Shown here: positions 40,148 through 50,224 of the stretch, piece by piece
Layout of the letters: every line of letters begins with the position of its first letter
Position numbering within the stretch: the stretch's first letter is position 1
Source of the DNA: Bdellovibrionia bacterium
GTDB taxonomy: Bacteria > Bdellovibrionota > UBA1018
Length of the DNA: 53,807 bases
Assembly (NCBI GenBank): GCA_045805065.1
Contig: JBJMMA010000090.1
Span: 1-53,807, forward strand
Reading direction: 5' to 3'
Position numbers and translations under genes: made by a program
The notes under the pieces: model-generated
What the model was told of the DNA's origin: nothing
Database searches by the model: none
What the model saw: only the letters and a program-made list of their open reading frames with translations

Positions 40148-40720
40148 TTAGCGAAACTTACCATACGAATAGAGTGGGCATCCACCCGCATTCGCATTGG
40201 CCAGGCACATCTGCATCATGTCTTTCGATGTATCATCGACGATAAAGACAGCGTTGAAGCTGATGCCTGAGAACGTGAGCTCAATTCCTGAACTCGAAGA
40301 GCTGATGGTCGAGCAGTTGGCCATTGGAAGACCCGTCGAAAGATCGGGCTTGAAATAGACGTGTGCGCTATCGATGTATTGGACGGGAAACACGCAGATC
40401 CCGTTCGATCCCATCGTGGTTCCGTGAATCTTGATATTGGCGATGTTGCTCGTTTGCGAGCAAACCGTATATTTACCCGCGTTGCTATAAGCCGCAGAAT
40501 CGCTGTTTGAGAGCACATTAGCGGTATTAGGGCAGGTGTAGTTCCCGTCAGTCATCGTGCCGCTTCCGCTGAGTCCTGAGAGGTCAGCTGTGGCGCCGTA
40601 ATGGACTCCGTTGGTAGTAATACGGCCTCCGCTGCTTCCCATGTAGTTTCCACAGGAAGTCGCCAAGAGGGCAATGAGTCCGCAAAGTGCGGTGATACGG
40701 GGACTTTGGAGCTTCATCAT
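40148..40720 (-). CDS. lipoprotein, Cys-rich
   Basis: Lipobox LATSC; further Cys in the mature domain. Confidence 0.75.
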   Translation of the reverse strand: MMKLQSPRITALCGLIALLATSCGNYMGSSGGRITTNGVHYGATADLSGLSGSGTMTDGNYTCPNTANVLSNSDSAAYSNAGKYTVCSQTSNIANIKIHGTTMGSNGICVFPVQYIDSAHVYFKPDLSTGLPMANCSTISSSSSGIELTFSGISFNAVFIVDDTSKDMMQMCLANANAGGCPLYSYGKFR

Positions 40721-40732
40721 GACCTGATGAAA

Positions 40733-40748
40733 AGCAAAGCATGTGCCG
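40733..40748 (-). promoter_or_regulatory. sigma54-type -24/-12 motif
   Basis: CGGCAC-ATGCT-TTGCT, 12 nt before ATG 40720. Confidence 0.65.
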
Positions 40749-41134
40749 CTGCTGACACCAGGAAAAACGCTGTATTTTCGTGATTGATTGAGGCTTGAAC
40801 TGTCTAATCTTTAGGCAGTTGCAAAATGGCCTCACTGGCGGAGCGGGATAGTTTCGATGCTTTGCTCGTTGCTGGAAATGATCAAGAAGGCAGGGCCAAT
40901 CATTCCATGAGTATTGCTGCGAATAGATTCACTGAGTGATTCTTGGCGAACAGAGCTCAGCTCTCATTGTTTTTGTGCTCAACGTGAAAAAGTTTGAGGG
41001 TGTCATATTTGATGTATTCCTAAAGAAATAAAGATCTTCTATCGTGAAACACATCGAGCTTATCTAGCGGTGCAGAGGGAGAAGGAATCGCCACGGAGCC
41101 TTGGGCGAAGCAAGATGAGCAGAAGGTAGCGCGT

Positions 41135-42874
41135 ATGCGGTTAGTTCGTGCGTTTCAAATCTTAGAACTTATAAGCTCTTTAGTTTTGCTACAGAGTTAT
41201 CCTGCAGTGGCGTCGCAGACAAGAGTTCTTGATCCGATGAAGTGGGTTCAAGAGACAGGAGGACCTTATTGGGGGTATGGTTATCTCGGCGACAATGCAA
41301 AAACCGGGGCCTATTTAGGGGCATTTACGCCAATACAGCCTAGCTTCTCTCCGGCGGGGATTGTCATTGGGCTCCCACCGCTTCCTGATAATCTTCCACC
41401 CGGCGCAAGTCCCTATGCTGAAAACGCGGTAGGTTTCAGCATAGACGGGGCTTCGATCGATGTGATTTTGACTACGACTTCAACCGACAATCTCTACTGC
41501 CATGCTGGTGCTGGCGGAATTACTGTTCCTAACGTCAAAGTGACCTATTCTCCTATAGAGCTCAGCACTCTTTCAAATTCAGGACCGGGTGGCGCAGAAA
41601 TTGTGTGCTGGAACTTGGGCAAATCTTATATTTTTATTACTATCTCGCGCTTCTCGATCACCTATCATCCAGATGTCTTTGTGGGAGCTCTTCAAATTTC
41701 GCAGCCCGATTCCGTGAGGGGTTCGGACGGGCTTCTTCAAGTCAAACCTGGCGTTCCAATACAAGTGCGGGTGCCTGTAGGCGGGGATGTGGGACTTATT
41801 GATTCGACGAACCAGACAACTACTGTAGTGCTTCAGGTTGGGTCTCAGCCTCCGCAGACTCGGATCATTCGTGCTGAGGAAATAGTGGGAGGATTGTTAG
41901 TCCCTTTTGAGGTGACTTTTAATGAAAGCGAAAAAGGTGCGCAAACGATCTCGGCGACTGTGTCACCCAATAATATATTTCAAGAAAGCTATCTCTCGAA
42001 TAACACATTGAGCGCTCAAGTGACGGTCGGACCTCCGTACAAACTGACCTTGTCGCTCTCACAGGAACAAGTTTATCCTGATATGTCAGATATCGGCCAA
42101 ACCCCCGGAAGCACTGATGCGATCGTTACGGCGAAATTGACAACAACTTCTGGTTCGCCAGTATCGGGCAAAATGATTCAGTTTTCCATAACGCCGAAAG
42201 ATGGTTCGGGTGGACATGCGCACGCAGACGGGCGGCCGATTGGGGATTTCAAGAACGACGAAGACTCTTGTACAACGCTGAATGATGGCACTTGCACCGT
42301 CACCTACACGGCTTCACAGTTTGGCGGAATAGAAACAATCTTAGGAGTTCTCGCCAGCAGCCCCACGGTAAAAGACTCTAAGGACTTGACAGTTCGGATC
42401 CCTGGATTGTCTCCACTTTCAGGTGGGCCGTATACATTCAAATGTGTTGTATTCCCAAATGCTCCAGCTTGTCTTCCAAGCTATGGGCACTCCAGCACAT
42501 ATAACGTGATCTCGTCCGTTGACTCTGCCATGTTCGCGATCGGCGCGGTATATAACAACAATTATCCAGATGCTTCGCCGTTGATAGTGAATGATGCTAG
42601 TCTTGCCTTTGGAGGCCTTTATGACAAAAACAGTGATTGGCAGACGCCGCACACCTATCACAGGGCCGGAACTGACATAGACATTAGAAGCCTTACGACA
42701 ATTGGCCACTATGGCATTCCGCAAGATAATCGGCGTGGTTTTAAATCGGCTGTATGTTTTGCGGGTGGTTATCCCAAGCTGGAATACAGCGGTGATTCGC
42801 AAAACGAACACTATCACCTATACTTCAAAGCGTATAAGCCAAGCATTTCTGAGTTATGCTCTAACGAGGAGTAA
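41135..42874 (+). CDS. secreted Ig-like-domain protein with C-terminal MepA-like (LAS) Zn peptidase domain
   Basis: Signal peptide; CARDB-like (ESYLSNN) and Big_1-like segments; DASL.FGG...PHTYHRAGTDID...EHYH. Confidence 0.65.
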   Translation: MRLVRAFQILELISSLVLLQSYPAVASQTRVLDPMKWVQETGGPYWGYGYLGDNAKTGAYLGAFTPIQPSFSPAGIVIGLPPLPDNLPPGASPYAENAVGFSIDGASIDVILTTTSTDNLYCHAGAGGITVPNVKVTYSPIELSTLSNSGPGGAEIVCWNLGKSYIFITISRFSITYHPDVFVGALQISQPDSVRGSDGLLQVKPGVPIQVRVPVGGDVGLIDSTNQTTTVVLQVGSQPPQTRIIRAEEIVGGLLVPFEVTFNESEKGAQTISATVSPNNIFQESYLSNNTLSAQVTVGPPYKLTLSLSQEQVYPDMSDIGQTPGSTDAIVTAKLTTTSGSPVSGKMIQFSITPKDGSGGHAHADGRPIGDFKNDEDSCTTLNDGTCTVTYTASQFGGIETILGVLASSPTVKDSKDLTVRIPGLSPLSGGPYTFKCVVFPNAPACLPSYGHSSTYNVISSVDSAMFAIGAVYNNNYPDASPLIVNDASLAFGGLYDKNSDWQTPHTYHRAGTDIDIRSLTTIGHYGIPQDNRRGFKSAVCFAGGYPKLEYSGDSQNEHYHLYFKAYKPSISELCSNEE

Positions 42875-42876
42875 CA

Positions 42877-43791
42877 ATGAAAAAGAATTTAATTAGATCC
42901 TTGCCTGCAGTCCTGATTCTATTAGTTCCACCAGTCGCGTGGTCTCAGCCGGAGCCGGTGAGTGGTTCTTACGATACCAAGAACGACTGGTTTGTATTCC
43001 AATGGACCGAGCCTGGTCATGGAAATATGACTTCAATTCTTGATCCTTCAAACAAGGTGAAGCCATCCATCAATGCGAGCGTTCTGTCGGATTCAAGCTC
43101 TGGACTCTACACCTATAGTTTTAAGGTATCGAACCTTGCTGGTGCCGTTCAGATGCTTCAAGAGATCTATATAAGTCATCCGTCGGCGGTTTCGCAAGCT
43201 AGTGCACCAGCGGATTGGCAAAGCGGAGAATACCGTAATAAAGGCGTTTGGGGATGGGTAAAAACCAAGGGCTCCATACATGGCATCTCTGCAGGTCAAT
43301 CGGTAAGTGGGTTTTCATTTAAAAGCACAGGAATTCCAGGCATTGTTGATGCCAAGTTCGCCGGTGAAAGACGAGAGGAATTTACCACGCCGGGCGATGA
43401 TGCCACTGCGGACGTAGCTGCATCATTTGAGAGAATCTACGCGAATTTAAAAACCCAATATCCGGACAAATTTGGCAAGCAGGTCGCCTTGAAAACTATT
43501 GGCCCCGTTGATCCGCCGGCGGCATTCAACGCACAAAGCGTTATTAAAAATCTAATTACGCTAGTGAATCAGTCGAGGTCTCAAAGTTGGATCGACAACG
43601 ACGGGATCGCGAACAGTCTTCTTGCTAAGCTCAATACCGCGCTCTCGAAGGCTGTTAGTGATCCAAAGGCAGCCAAGAATGTGCTCAGCGCATTCCTAAA
43701 CGACGTGCAAGCGCAGAATGGAAAACATCTATCAAGCGAATCCTACGCGCTCTTGTATTTCAACGGAAAATACTTACTCGACCGTCTATAA
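42877..43791 (+). CDS. secreted protein with C-terminal FIMAH-like helical domain
   Basis: AGGAG RBS, 2 nt after the upstream stop; signal peptide; WIDNDGIANSL.AKL...AF.N.V.AQ.GKH. Confidence 0.7.
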   Translation: MKKNLIRSLPAVLILLVPPVAWSQPEPVSGSYDTKNDWFVFQWTEPGHGNMTSILDPSNKVKPSINASVLSDSSSGLYTYSFKVSNLAGAVQMLQEIYISHPSAVSQASAPADWQSGEYRNKGVWGWVKTKGSIHGISAGQSVSGFSFKSTGIPGIVDAKFAGERREEFTTPGDDATADVAASFERIYANLKTQYPDKFGKQVALKTIGPVDPPAAFNAQSVIKNLITLVNQSRSQSWIDNDGIANSLLAKLNTALSKAVSDPKAAKNVLSAFLNDVQAQNGKHLSSESYALLYFNGKYLLDRL

Positions 43792-45441
43792 ACCTGTCTG
43801 CGAATAGCGCTTATTTAAGGCCAGAATCAGGATCGCGCCTAAGACCAGCGCAAACTGGCCAAACCAATCTCCCCAGGCTTTCATGAGAGTCCAGGGTGAA
43901 TCCAGCAAGGGTACGCTCACATTGAGGATCTCAGGCTCAAAGAGATGACTCTTGGAAGCAATCTCGCCATCCTGCGTGACAAGCGCTGAAAATCCCGTAT
44001 TGGTTGCGCGAACCATCGGAAGGCGAGTCTCAATCGTTCTGAAAGTGCTCAGCGCCAAATGAAGATGCGGCTCTCCGTAAGGACCAAACCAGGAGTCGTT
44101 GGTGACGTTCAAGATGAAACGGCTTCCCTTGCGCGCGGCCTCGATGACGTAATTCGGGAAGAGCACTTCATAACAAATCGCAGGACTTGCCGGAATGAGC
44201 TTGGAGCCCGATAAAGTCGGGATCTGCATGAGCTCAGGGCCTGGGCCGCGGCCAAAGTTTGCGACTTGCGGAAAGAGTCTTCCGATTGCAGGAAGTGCGT
44301 CTTGAAACGGGATGTACTCACCAAACATCAAAAGAATGTTCTTATGATAGAACTGAAGACTTTCAGAAACCGATCCCAGCGTCGCGAGCTGGGGGGAGGA
44401 GACCGGAGAGAGCGCGAAAAGCGTGTTATAATCTTTTCCTTCGTCCCGGTCATAACTTCCAAAGACAAGAGGCGTGCGGGTGCTTTTGACCCAGGTTTCA
44501 ATTCTCTGATCGCGGCTGTAATCCCCTGTGGTCATGGGTTTTCCAAAGGTGGACGCGTAAGCAGTCTCTGGCCAGATCACGATATCAGGCTTTTTCGCGA
44601 GAGCGACCGCTTGATCGGAAAGTGAGAAATAATCGGCCAGGATTTTCTCTGCAGCTTGCTGCATCCCGCGCTCCGCTGCTACTTTCTCAAAGTCCCCGAT
44701 ATTTGCCTGAACGATAGCGGCCTGAAGATTTTCCTGGCCGGACTCTGGATGAGCAAGACGATCACGCCATAGATTTGCCCGCTGGTAACCAAAAACAGAA
44801 AGCCCGGCAATGAGGGCAAGTGGAAGCGCGATTCCAATGAGAGCTGTCTTTCGCATCTCACGGCTTCTTCTGGTTTCAATAAGAGCAAAGAGCGCCAGAT
44901 TGATCCACATGGCGGCAAAAGTGAGAAGATGCGCGCCACCGAGCTCTGCTGATTGCCTGAGCCATGGGGCCGAATAAAACGCATGCCCTAAAGTATCGCG
45001 GAAAAGCTTTGGGATCGCCCAATCGATCCCCGTATAGATCAAGGCAAGAGCCATCGTGGCCAGAAGGGCTGCCGGAGCCGTGAACTTGCTGCTGCGAGTT
45101 CTTACTACCGAAAAAACAGCGCCAAAAAGAAGAAACTGTGGCTGACCAATGAGCGAGTAAAGCCCAAGGCCGGTGATAGCGACAATCCAGGGCAGATCGC
45201 CAAATTGCTTCAAGACATAGGCTACCCAATGAAAGCCCATGAAGCTCATCAGGATGCTCAGCCAGAGGCCTTGCGTAACAGACTGTCGCCAGGTGCGGGT
45301 TTGCGAAAGCGCGTAAAGCCACGGGATTAGACAGATCCAGATGAGATAACGCAAATCCCAGGGAGGATAGGCTGCAACGATGAGGATACTGCTGAGCGCA
45401 GTTCCCCAATGAGGAAGCGGAATTTGACGCAGTTTTCGCAT
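43786..45441 (-). CDS. lnt: apolipoprotein N-acyltransferase
   Basis: Multi-TM N-terminus; nitrilase triad WPET, HK..L.MFGEY, ICYE; TNDSWF, RATNTG. Confidence 0.95.
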   Translation of the reverse strand: MRKLRQIPLPHWGTALSSILIVAAYPPWDLRYLIWICLIPWLYALSQTRTWRQSVTQGLWLSILMSFMGFHWVAYVLKQFGDLPWIVAITGLGLYSLIGQPQFLLFGAVFSVVRTRSSKFTAPAALLATMALALIYTGIDWAIPKLFRDTLGHAFYSAPWLRQSAELGGAHLLTFAAMWINLALFALIETRRSREMRKTALIGIALPLALIAGLSVFGYQRANLWRDRLAHPESGQENLQAAIVQANIGDFEKVAAERGMQQAAEKILADYFSLSDQAVALAKKPDIVIWPETAYASTFGKPMTTGDYSRDQRIETWVKSTRTPLVFGSYDRDEGKDYNTLFALSPVSSPQLATLGSVSESLQFYHKNILLMFGEYIPFQDALPAIGRLFPQVANFGRGPGPELMQIPTLSGSKLIPASPAICYEVLFPNYVIEAARKGSRFILNVTNDSWFGPYGEPHLHLALSTFRTIETRLPMVRATNTGFSALVTQDGEIASKSHLFEPEILNVSVPLLDSPWTLMKAWGDWFGQFALVLGAILILALNKRYSQTGL

Positions 45442-45464
45442 GCTCCCTCATCTTAGATGAGGAC

Positions 45465-46622
45465 TTATTGGGAGTCTAGCGGCGTAAACATCCGGATCAG
45501 CGAGATCGGGCGACTCGCAACCAGGTTGGGCTGTTTTTGTGGTTGAAAGTTGCCTGCCAAAGTCATGAGCGCATTGTAGGCGTTCACTTTTCCTGCAGTG
45601 GCAAGCTTACCGACAAGCTGTGGCTCAGGATCCACTGAGCGCATGATGATCTCGCGGATCTGCTTAGGCGTAAGCTTTGGATCCTTGGCAAGAAGCAGGG
45701 CTGCCATGCCGGAAACAAAGGCCGTTGCTTGTGAGGTACCCGACATATAGCCGTAGCGTCCGCCTGGAAGCGTGCTGTAAATGTTCTCGCCTGGAGCCGC
45801 GACATCCACCTTGTTCACGCCCCAGTTGGACGACGGAAGCAGGTTGTTATTGATGTCGATTGCAGCCACGGAAATGATGTTCGAGAGGCGATAGGCCGAT
45901 GGATAATAATAGTTTTCGACGAGGTCAGTGTTCTGATGCTCGTTGCCTGCGGCTGCGACAAAGAGGACGCCTTTGGCTTCGGCCTTTTTGATCGCAAGAT
46001 ATTCTTCTTCCGAGAACTCAGGGCCACCGCCGCTGTAATTGATGATGCGAGCGCCGTGTTCAACGGCGTAATTGATCGCTTTCACCGTGTTGCGTAGGTT
46101 GACGGAGCCTGGATTTGCGTCCGAGTAATATTTCACAGGCATGATTGAAACTTGCTGCGCAACGCCTGAGACGCCGGCTTCAAGATCGGTCACTGCGCCG
46201 ATGATGCCAGCAACGTGGGTTCCGTGACCGTGGTCATCGATTGGGTTCGGTTGATTGACAACGAAGTTCCAGCCGTAAACGTTTTTAGATTTCTCGTTTG
46301 GATCGTGCCAGACGTTCTTTGCCAAGTCCCTGTGACTTGCGTCCAGGCCCGTATCAATGACTGCCACAACGACCTTGGCGTTACCGGAAGTGATCTTCCA
46401 GGCATCCAGGGCACTGATATGGGATTTGATCTTATTGGCATTGATGATGCCCCAGTTTTTGATCTTCGCTGCAAAGGTCGCGTGCGGATCTTTAGCCTTC
46501 TGAGGGGCTGCAATCCCCATAAGCGCAACGCTGCATCCAAGAACAATTGATGTATAAATCGCAGGATTTGGCCAACGAAGCATAAGGGATCGCCTCTTTA
46601 GAATTCGCTTAGCTCTCAACAC
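45465..46622 (-). CDS. S8 subtilase serine protease
   Basis: VIDTG, HGTHVAG, AAAGN, GTSQA; start codon uncertain. Confidence 0.93.
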   Translation of the reverse strand: MLRAKRILKRRSLMLRWPNPAIYTSIVLGCSVALMGIAAPQKAKDPHATFAAKIKNWGIINANKIKSHISALDAWKITSGNAKVVVAVIDTGLDASHRDLAKNVWHDPNEKSKNVYGWNFVVNQPNPIDDHGHGTHVAGIIGAVTDLEAGVSGVAQQVSIMPVKYYSDANPGSVNLRNTVKAINYAVEHGARIINYSGGGPEFSEEEYLAIKKAEAKGVLFVAAAGNEHQNTDLVENYYYPSAYRLSNIISVAAIDINNNLLPSSNWGVNKVDVAAPGENIYSTLPGGRYGYMSGTSQATAFVSGMAALLLAKDPKLTPKQIREIIMRSVDPEPQLVGKLATAGKVNAYNALMTLAGNFQPQKQPNLVASRPISLIRMFTPLDSQ

Positions 46623-46691
46623 TCACTTTTGGCATTGCTGCCTCACTCAACCCGGAGAGCTGACCGGGAAAGGTCTTCAGCAGCCTGTTTC

Positions 46692-46707
46692 AGCAAGGGG
46701 CGTGCCC
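46692..46707 (-). promoter_or_regulatory. sigma54-type -24/-12 motif
   Basis: GGGCAC-GCCCC-TTGCT upstream of the subtilase. Confidence 0.65.
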
Positions 46708-46882
46708 AAGCGGCCAAAATTCTTGCTTAACTCGCTGCGACTAAAGCGTTGAAATTTCACAAGCTTGCAGAGGTGGTTTCATCTTGGCCCTGAAGGATTT
46801 TGAGGCGGGTGTGTCGACGAAATAGACACCTGTGTCAGGCTTGATACATGAGAAAAATTATCAAGAATTAGCCTGGATCTAT

Positions 46883-46909
46883 TGAAGCCTGGGTAAAACC
46901 TGCCGATAG
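46883..46909 (+). promoter_or_regulatory. sigma28 (FliA)-type promoter
   Basis: TGAA-N15-GCCGATAG, 6 nt before ATG 46916. Confidence 0.55.
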
Positions 46910-46915
46910 AGCTGC

Positions 46916-47821
46916 ATGACTCGCTTTTCGATCGCAGCACTCTGTCTGTGCCTGGGCCTCTGGTTTGCCCATCTGGAGCCTCCAGCCACTGCATCTGATG
47001 ATATGGCTCTGGAAAAGGTCCTGGCACTCCTGGAAAGCTCGCCGACGGGCAAATCCATGATCGAAAAAGCAATGCGGGTCTGGAATCTTCATTCGCGCGA
47101 TGAGCTTCATTCACGCATCAAGTGGGGATCGGCTTCAAAAACGGACGCAGTCTTGATCCGTCACTATGATGCGGAGACCGGCAAAGAAGTTCGCGAAAGA
47201 AAAGTCACGATCTATCTCAGGCACGATCAGCCATCCACAGATCTCATGCTGGATCTTGCGCATGAGCTTGTGCACGCAACCTCGAAACCCTCATGGGACC
47301 CTTACGATCCGATGCTCACGGCCGGAGGTTATATCCACGCCGCGATTGATGGCGAGGGCGGTGAAGTGGATGCGGTCCGTGTCGAGTGCCAAGTCAGTCA
47401 TGAGATCTTTGGAGATCGCTCGAGCTCTCCTTCGGCCGCGCGCTGCAAACACTATTCGCTCTTGGATCAGAAAGCCGCGACTGAAATGATTCGCAAGGAT
47501 TTCTACCGAGTAGGGCGTTGGATGAAGGATCTGAAGCAACAGCTGGGATCTGAAACCGGTCTTTTTCCTTATCTCTCAAAAGAGCGCCCCTCCCTTTATT
47601 CGTCAACTGGAGGCGCTCCCTATCCAGTTGCTCTTTATCAAGAGTACCGCCAAATGACAGCAGTTGCCTGCGAGAACACCCGGAGACGTGCCCCGGCTTC
47701 AGCACCTGAAAGATCTCCTAAGAGATCTCCTGAGAGATCTAATGAAAGATCAGATCTTGCTGAAGCAGACCTGGCGCACGAATCCAGCGTACGGCTTTTT
47801 CTGGCTCACCGTTGCAGATAG
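46916..47821 (+). CDS. secreted HExxH putative zinc metalloprotein
   Basis: Signal peptide; LAHELVHA...GEVDA. Confidence 0.65.
   Translation: MTRFSIAALCLCLGLWFAHLEPPATASDDMALEKVLALLESSPTGKSMIEKAMRVWNLHSRDELHSRIKWGSASKTDAVLIRHYDAETGKEVRERKVTIYLRHDQPSTDLMLDLAHELVHATSKPSWDPYDPMLTAGGYIHAAIDGEGGEVDAVRVECQVSHEIFGDRSSSPSAARCKHYSLLDQKAATEMIRKDFYRVGRWMKDLKQQLGSETGLFPYLSKERPSLYSSTGGAPYPVALYQEYRQMTAVACENTRRRAPASAPERSPKRSPERSNERSDLAEADLAHESSVRLFLAHRCR
47705..47752 (+). repeat. 4 x 12-bp imperfect coding tandem repeat (PERS/PKRS/PERS/NERS)
   Basis: cctgaaagatct cctaagagatct cctgagagatct aatgaaagatca. Confidence 0.85.
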
Positions 47822-47931
47822 TCAAAACTCTGCGCATATCCTTTGCACAAATGACAGCGACGTGTCGCGCTTCTTAAAACGAGCGTCTGATTCTGCGTCA
47901 TGCGTAGTCATCAACTAAGGAGATGCAAACG

Positions 47932-48225
47932 ATGAATATCTTAGGTTGGATTCTCTTCGGATTTGTAGTCGGTCTCATCGCACGTGTCGTTATGCCAGGA
48001 CGCGATCCGCTGGGTCTGATTGGAACGACGGTTCTTGGAATCATTGGCGCTCTGGCCGCAGGCTGGTTAGGTTCAGCTGTGGGCTGGTATCGTCCCGATG
48101 AAGGCGCAGGCTTTATTGCAGCAACCATTGGTGCAGTAGTAGTGCTTGCAATTTATCACATGGTGGTCGGTCGCAGCCGCCGCGGTGGTGGATCAATCGC
48201 TGATCGCACCAACCGGGCAGCTTAA
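47932..48225 (+). CDS. GlsB/YeaQ/YmgE stress-response membrane protein
   Basis: WI.FG.VVG.IAR..MPG...LGIIGA..AG...GA; AAGGAG 9 nt upstream. Confidence 0.92.
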   Translation: MNILGWILFGFVVGLIARVVMPGRDPLGLIGTTVLGIIGALAAGWLGSAVGWYRPDEGAGFIAATIGAVVVLAIYHMVVGRSRRGGGSIADRTNRAA

Positions 48226-48238
48226 GGCCTGATTGCCA

Positions 48239-48841
48239 TTAGGCAACATTGAATCCACTGGTGGTGCGCATTTGCTCACCACCATTTGGATTCTGAACGA
48301 CCTCTGGACGTGAGTCCGCATATTGCGGCTGGCGAAGGAGGTCGTCTCTCATATCCTGAATCTGCGCACCCAAGGGGGAGAGTTCTTCTTTGAGAAGCTC
48401 TTCGGCGGCAGGAAAAGTCAGTTGCTCTTCTTCTTCGATATGGGAGGTGATGAGCTGCTCAAGCTCTTCCATCCCTTCGCGAAAGTCGGTGCTATCAATC
48501 GGAAGCCTTCTGAGTCGCTGGATGAGTCCTTCGATTTCACGATGATCGCTGATGCTTTGATCAATCATCGCAGCGTTCAGTTCGACTTTCATTTTATGGA
48601 CTGGATGATGGCCCGAGCGATCGCCAGGTCTCTCGCTTGGAGCATTTAAAGCCGCAATAAGAGCAGGGTAGAAGATCTGCTCCTCGACAGCCGAGTGAAT
48701 TTCAATTTCCATGAAGATCTCAAGCGCCACTCCGTTTTTCATGACGTGAGCACGCTGGTCGACCGCTTCGATCTGCCGAAAAAGCCCCGTCAGTCGTTTA
48801 TGGTCGTCGCGTAGAATCTGAGTTGCAAGAACAGGTGTCAT
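48239..48841 (-). CDS. hemerythrin/HHE domain protein
   Basis: L..DH, H...EE.IFYP, DH..I, HIEEEE..FP; GAGGT RBS before ATG 48841. Confidence 0.85.
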   Translation of the reverse strand: MTPVLATQILRDDHKRLTGLFRQIEAVDQRAHVMKNGVALEIFMEIEIHSAVEEQIFYPALIAALNAPSERPGDRSGHHPVHKMKVELNAAMIDQSISDHREIEGLIQRLRRLPIDSTDFREGMEELEQLITSHIEEEEQLTFPAAEELLKEELSPLGAQIQDMRDDLLRQPQYADSRPEVVQNPNGGEQMRTTSGFNVA

Positions 48842-48875
48842 GGTGTTTTTACCTCGTTTCAACACGTCGCTAGTG

Positions 48876-48891
48876 TGCAAAAAGTCCGCCC
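48876..48891 (-). promoter_or_regulatory. sigma54-type -24/-12 motif
   Basis: GGGCGGACTTTTTGCA. Confidence 0.5.
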
Positions 48892-48960
48892 GATCAGGTA
48901 CTTGCCGCTTCCGTGTTCTCTCTTTCAGAAATCCGAGTTTTGGGGTAGGGAATACCCCAA

Positions 48961-50196
48961 ATGAGTTCCTCGGATTCAATGAATTCCAAAGATAAAACCG
49001 TAGCCAAAACTGTAGTGGTAGGCATGTCCGGAGGGGTGGATTCCTCTGTGGCAGCGCTACTGCTCCGTGAGCAGGGCTACCGGGTTATCGGGATGTTCAT
49101 GAAGAACTGGGAAGAAAAAGACGAAAGCGGCGTTTGCACGTCAGCCGAAGATTACCGGGACGTCGAGCGGGTCTGCGATAAGATTGGCATTCCCTATTAC
49201 TCCGTCGAATTCGTCAAAGAATACTGGGACAACGTTTTTACAGACTTCCTGAAAGCCTACGAGGCAGGTCTTACTCCGAATCCCGATATCCTCTGTAACC
49301 GTGAGATCAAGTTTAATCTGTTTTTGAAAAAGGCGATGGAGCTCGGAGCGGATTATCTGGCAACCGGGCACTATGCCCAAATCAGTCAGATCGGTGGCGT
49401 GCCTCATCTCCTGAAAGGCAAAGACCCGGGGAAAGATCAGTCTTACTTCATCTATACTTTGAAGAGCGAGATTCTCTCCAAAGTCCTTTTTCCAATCGGT
49501 CATATCCATAAGAGCGAAGTGCGCGAGATTGCACGTAAGGCCGGACTTCCGACGGCTGAGAAAAAAGACTCAACGGGTATCTGCTTTATCGGAGAAAGAA
49601 ATTTCACCAAGTTTCTAAGCCAATACATTCAAGCCAAGTCAGGCCCGATTCAGACTTTGGATGGAATCGAAGTCGGTAGACATCGCGGTTCGGCTTTCTA
49701 CACACTGGGCCAGCGTAAAGGTCTGGGCTTAGGGGGCGAAGGCGATCCTTGGTTTGTCGTTGCTAAGGATTCTCGCAGAAACATCGTGTACGTTGCACGC
49801 GGTGAGCGCCATACGGCTCTCTATTGTGATGAGCTTTTTGCTGAAGAGATTTCATGGGTCGCGGGCTCCGCGCCTGAAGAGCTTTTACGTGGCGAGAAAC
49901 TGAAGTGCCGCGCTAAGGCGCGTTATCGTCAAAACGATCAGGCTTGCACGATCAGTCTTGCGGGCTCGCGCTTAAGAGTGGAATTTGACGAGCCACAGCG
50001 CGCTGTCACTCCAGGCCAGGCTGTTGTTCTTTATCAGGGCGATATTTGTCTGGGGGGCGCAACCATCCAGGAATGCGGCCCCAGTTATTACGAGCAAGCC
50101 AGAGAGCTTCCAGAAGAATTTATCATGCGTGGGTTGAAAACTCAGTCTGCTCCAAGCGAAGTGGAGCTCTCCACTCATCTCGCTGTTGAATCTTAG
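48961..50196 (+). CDS. mnmA: tRNA 2-thiouridine(34) synthase
   Basis: [39 protein letters not shown]. Confidence 0.97.
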   Translation: MSSSDSMNSKDKTVAKTVVVGMSGGVDSSVAALLLREQGYRVIGMFMKNWEEKDESGVCTSAEDYRDVERVCDKIGIPYYSVEFVKEYWDNVFTDFLKAYEAGLTPNPDILCNREIKFNLFLKKAMELGADYLATGHYAQISQIGGVPHLLKGKDPGKDQSYFIYTLKSEILSKVLFPIGHIHKSEVREIARKAGLPTAEKKDSTGICFIGERNFTKFLSQYIQAKSGPIQTLDGIEVGRHRGSAFYTLGQRKGLGLGGEGDPWFVVAKDSRRNIVYVARGERHTALYCDELFAEEISWVAGSAPEELLRGEKLKCRAKARYRQNDQACTISLAGSRLRVEFDEPQRAVTPGQAVVLYQGDICLGGATIQECGPSYYEQARELPEEFIMRGLKTQSAPSEVELSTHLAVES

Positions 50197-50210
50197 GCCC
50201 TGATTTCGCA
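50195..50210 (+). promoter_or_regulatory. sigma54-type -24/-12 motif
   Basis: AGGCCCTGATTTCGCA before the BON lipoprotein. Confidence 0.4.
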
Positions 50211-50224
50211 TCTCATTTTCGCCC

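Noticed and set aside
46630..46690. Hairpin-rich leader of the subtilase as a possible riboswitch
   Set aside because: Pairing is possible but no known aptamer motif is recognised; needs covariance analysis
47705..47752. Short repeats as a possible CRISPR array
   Set aside because: 12-bp in-frame units without spacers; no cas genes
47830..47847. Sigma54-like site before the GlsB-family gene (TGCGCATATCCTTTGCA)
   Set aside because: The -24 GG is replaced by CG; not counted
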